A stretch of DNA of 64,000 nucleotides from Stegostoma tigrinum. Taxonomy: Eukaryota. Within the stretch, counting starts at the first letter, position 1; each line of letters begins with the position of its first letter. The stretch spans positions 30,419,989-30,483,988 of the forward strand of contig NC_081373.1 in NCBI RefSeq assembly GCF_030684315.1, read 5' to 3'. Below the pieces are notes generated by a model. It did not search any database. It saw only the letters and a list, made by a program, of their open reading frames with translations, and was not told where the DNA came from. Positions 61,100-64,000 of this stretch are shown one piece after another. A program made the position numbers and the translations under genes.

Positions 61100-64000
61100 C
61101 CTAGAGATTATGTCTGCAGGAAGTGTGTTTGGATGCCAATCCTTTCGGTTTGCATGGAGCGTCAGTTAGAGGCAGTGAGGAATTTACAGGATCCTGGCAT
61201 GGTGTGATAGATGGCAGTTTCAAAAACTTATCTGACTGCATCTGCAGTTTTTCTAGATGGGTTATGTCTAGGACTGGTAGGCAGGTAGTGCAGGAGTCTC
61301 CAGTGGCTATTCCCATCTCAAACAAGTATGCTGTTTTGGATAATGTCAGGGGTGATGTCATCTCAGGGCAATGTGGCATTGACAGCCAGGTTTCTGGACC
61401 TGAGGCTGGCTCCACTACAATTTGGGATACATCAGGTTCCAAGCAATTAATTGTGATAGGGGACTCTCTTGTTGAGGGCATAGGCAGACATTTCTATGGC
61501 CGACAGCAAGGCATCAGAATAGTGTATTGTCTCCCTGGGAGCAGGCTCCAGGATGTCTTGGTGAGGGTGCAGAATATTCTCAAAGGGGAGATGGGCAGCA
61601 GAAGATCATTCTATGTGTTGGTACAAATGATATAGGAAGAGAAAGGGAAAAGGTTCTGCAAAGAGAATATGGGTAATTAGACAGGAGGTTAAGAAGTAGC
61701 TCCTTGCGGTTAGTAATATCTGGATTACTCCCAGTGCCAGGCGCTCGTGAGAATAGAAGTAGGAGGATAGGGCACATGAAAGTGTGGCTGAGGAACTAGA
61801 GCAGGGGGCAGGGATTCACATTTTTGGACATTTCAGATCTCTTCTGGGGTAGCAGTTGGGTGTGTGGGACACAAAGAGAAAAGTCTGAGGCAGGCACTGT
61901 AGAGGAGGAGCAAATTAAATAGTTGAGGCATGCAAGAGCAAGGCAGAGAACAAGGTTAGACTGATGAATAAAACTGCATTTATTTTGATGCAAGAGGCCT
62001 GACTGCTCAGTCAGATAAACTCAGGGCATGTTTGGGACCATGGGACTAGGATATCATAGCTATTACAGTGATTATAGAATCCCTACAGTGTGGAAACAGA
62101 CCCTTCAGCCCATCAAGTCCACACCGACCCTCGGAGCATCCCACCCAGACCCGTTCCCCCTATAATCCACCTAATCTACACATCCCTGAACACTATGAGC
62201 AATTTAGCATAGCCAATCCATCTATCTCCACATCTTTGGACTGTAGGAGGAAACCAGAGCACCTGGAAGAAACCGTGCAGAGACGGGGAGCATGTGAAAA
62301 CTCTACACGGACAGACGCCCAAAGGTGTAATTGAACCTGGGTCCCTAGCTCCATGAGGCAGCAGTGCTACCCACTGAGCCACTGTGCTGCTGTGACTTAG
62401 GGAGGGGCAGGATAGCAGCTTAATGTTGCAGGGTATAAATGTTACAGCCTGGATAGAAAGGGGGGCAAGAGAGGAAGGGGAATGGCATTTTTGGTTAAGG
62501 ATAACATTAGAGCTGTGCTTAGGATATTTCTGGGAGAACATCCAGTGAAGTTAGATGGGTGAAACTGAGAAATAGGAAAGAGATGATCATCTTATTGGGA
62601 TTGTACTCTGGGCCCCCAATAGTCAGCAGAAAAATATATATGGAGATCTTAAATATCTGTAAAAATAACAAAGTTGACATGGGGATTTTAACTTTCCAAA
62701 CATAGATGGGACTGCCATAGTGTTAGGGGTTGGATGGAAAGAAATTTGTGAAGGGTGTACAAGATAAGGTTCTTATTCATAATGGTAATTCACCCACTGG
62801 GAAGAAGCAAAACTTGATCTTCTCTTGGAAAATAAGGCAGGAAAAGTGACTGAGGTGTCAGATGGGAGCACTTTGGGCCTGTAGTTCATAATTATACTGG
62901 TTTCAAAATAGTTATGGAAAAGGAGAGACCTGATCTAAGTTCTAAATTGGAGGAAGGCCATTTTTTCTGATGGTATCGGGCAAGAACATTCAAAACTTGA
63001 GGGCAGATTTTAGCAGGTAAAGGGATGGTTGGAAAGTGGGAGGCCTTTTAAAAATGAGATAATGAGATTTTAGAGACAGTATGCCCCTGTTAGTGTGAAG
63101 GGCAAGGCAGGTAGGTGGAGGATATGCTGAATGACTAATGAAATTGATGCTTTGGCAAGAAAAAGAAGGAGGCATATGTAAGGTATAGACAGTTGAGATC
63201 AACTGAATCCCTAGAGGAGTTTAAAGGCAGTAGGAATAGGCTTAAGAGGGAAATCAGGAAGGCAAAAAGAGGACGTGAGGTGCCTGTAGCAAATAGAGTT
63301 AAGGAGAATTCCAAGAGATTCTACAAACAGGCTCCCTGTTGTGATATTTGTATCATTGATAGTCACAGTGAGGTGCCAGCAGTCAGGACAGTGGCTAATG
63401 TGGTGCCATTATTTAAGAAAGGTGGTAAGGAAAAGTCAGGGAGCTATAGATCAGTGAGCCTGATGTCAGTGGTGGGTAGGTTTTGGAGGGGATTCTGAGG
63501 GACAGGATTGACTTGCATTTAGAAAAACAAGGACTGATTAGGGAGTGTCAACATGGCTTTGCGTGTGGAAATTTGCGTTGCTTTAACTTGACTGAGATTT
63601 TTGAAGAAGTGACGTTGATGAAGGCAGAGTGGTAGACTTTGTCTATATAGACTTCAGTAAGGCGATTGGCAAGGTTCCGCATGGTAGACTGGTTAGCAAG
63701 GTTTGATCATGTGGTATCCTGGGGGAGCTAGCAAATTGGAGTTACACAGTTAATGGTCGGGCCCTGGGGAATAGTGGTGAACAGGGAGACCTAGGTGTCC
63801 AGGTGCGTGGTTTCTTAAAAGTGGAGTCATAGTTAGACAGGGTGATGAAGAAAACATTTGGCACCCTTGCCTTCATTGGTCAGTCCTTCGAGTATCGCAT
63901 TGGGACGGTGTGTTGTGCCTATCCGGGATATTGGTTAGGCCATTTTTAGAACACTGCATTCAATTCTGGTTTCCCTACTATAGCAATGATGCTGTTAAAC
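61100..64000 (+). mobile_element. Degraded long CR1 LINE (ORF1 esterase-like domain plus ORF2 EN/RT), running off the window
   Basis: ISNKYAVLD, VIGDSLV, CLPGSR and GTNDIG (ORF1); GDFNF; ANVVPLFKKGGKEKSGSYRSVSLMSVVG (RT). Confidence 0.85.
62075..62390 (-). mobile_element. HE1-like SINE inserted in CR1
   Basis: Reverse-complement homology to 15735-16045. Confidence 0.82.

Noticed and set aside
53013-64000. LHPP exon 2
   Set aside because: No convincing FCTNE-type exon seen; the GTNDIG-like text at ~61620 belongs to CR1 ORF1.

Overview
Vertebrate genomic DNA, very likely a cartilaginous fish (shark-type SINE, CR1 and Penelope repeats). It holds the conserved block OAT(-) / NKX1-2(-) / LHPP(+). 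OAT: putative non-coding exon 1 in a CpG island at ~20.3 kb and coding exons 2-7; later exons lie left of the window. NKX1-2: complete, two exons, 287 aa. LHPP: coding exon 1 only. The rest is mostly transposable elements: CR1, L2-like and Rex1/Babar LINEs, tRNA-derived SINEs, a Gypsy provirus with both LTRs and a 5-bp TSD plus a solo LTR, a decayed PIF/Harbinger transposase, and several Penelope-like element (PLE) families. The most striking structure is a series of two-ended PLE insertions: two copies head-to-head with both 3' ends facing outward, a ~35-50-nt tail on one side only, and 14-15-bp target-site duplications. One is a 3.46-kb insertion with ~1.5-kb near-perfect inverted arms in OAT intron 3. 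Five are ~180-220-bp hairpins whose junctions fall in or beside the element's minimal hammerhead ribozyme. All calls come from manual reading of the sequence; no database searches were run.
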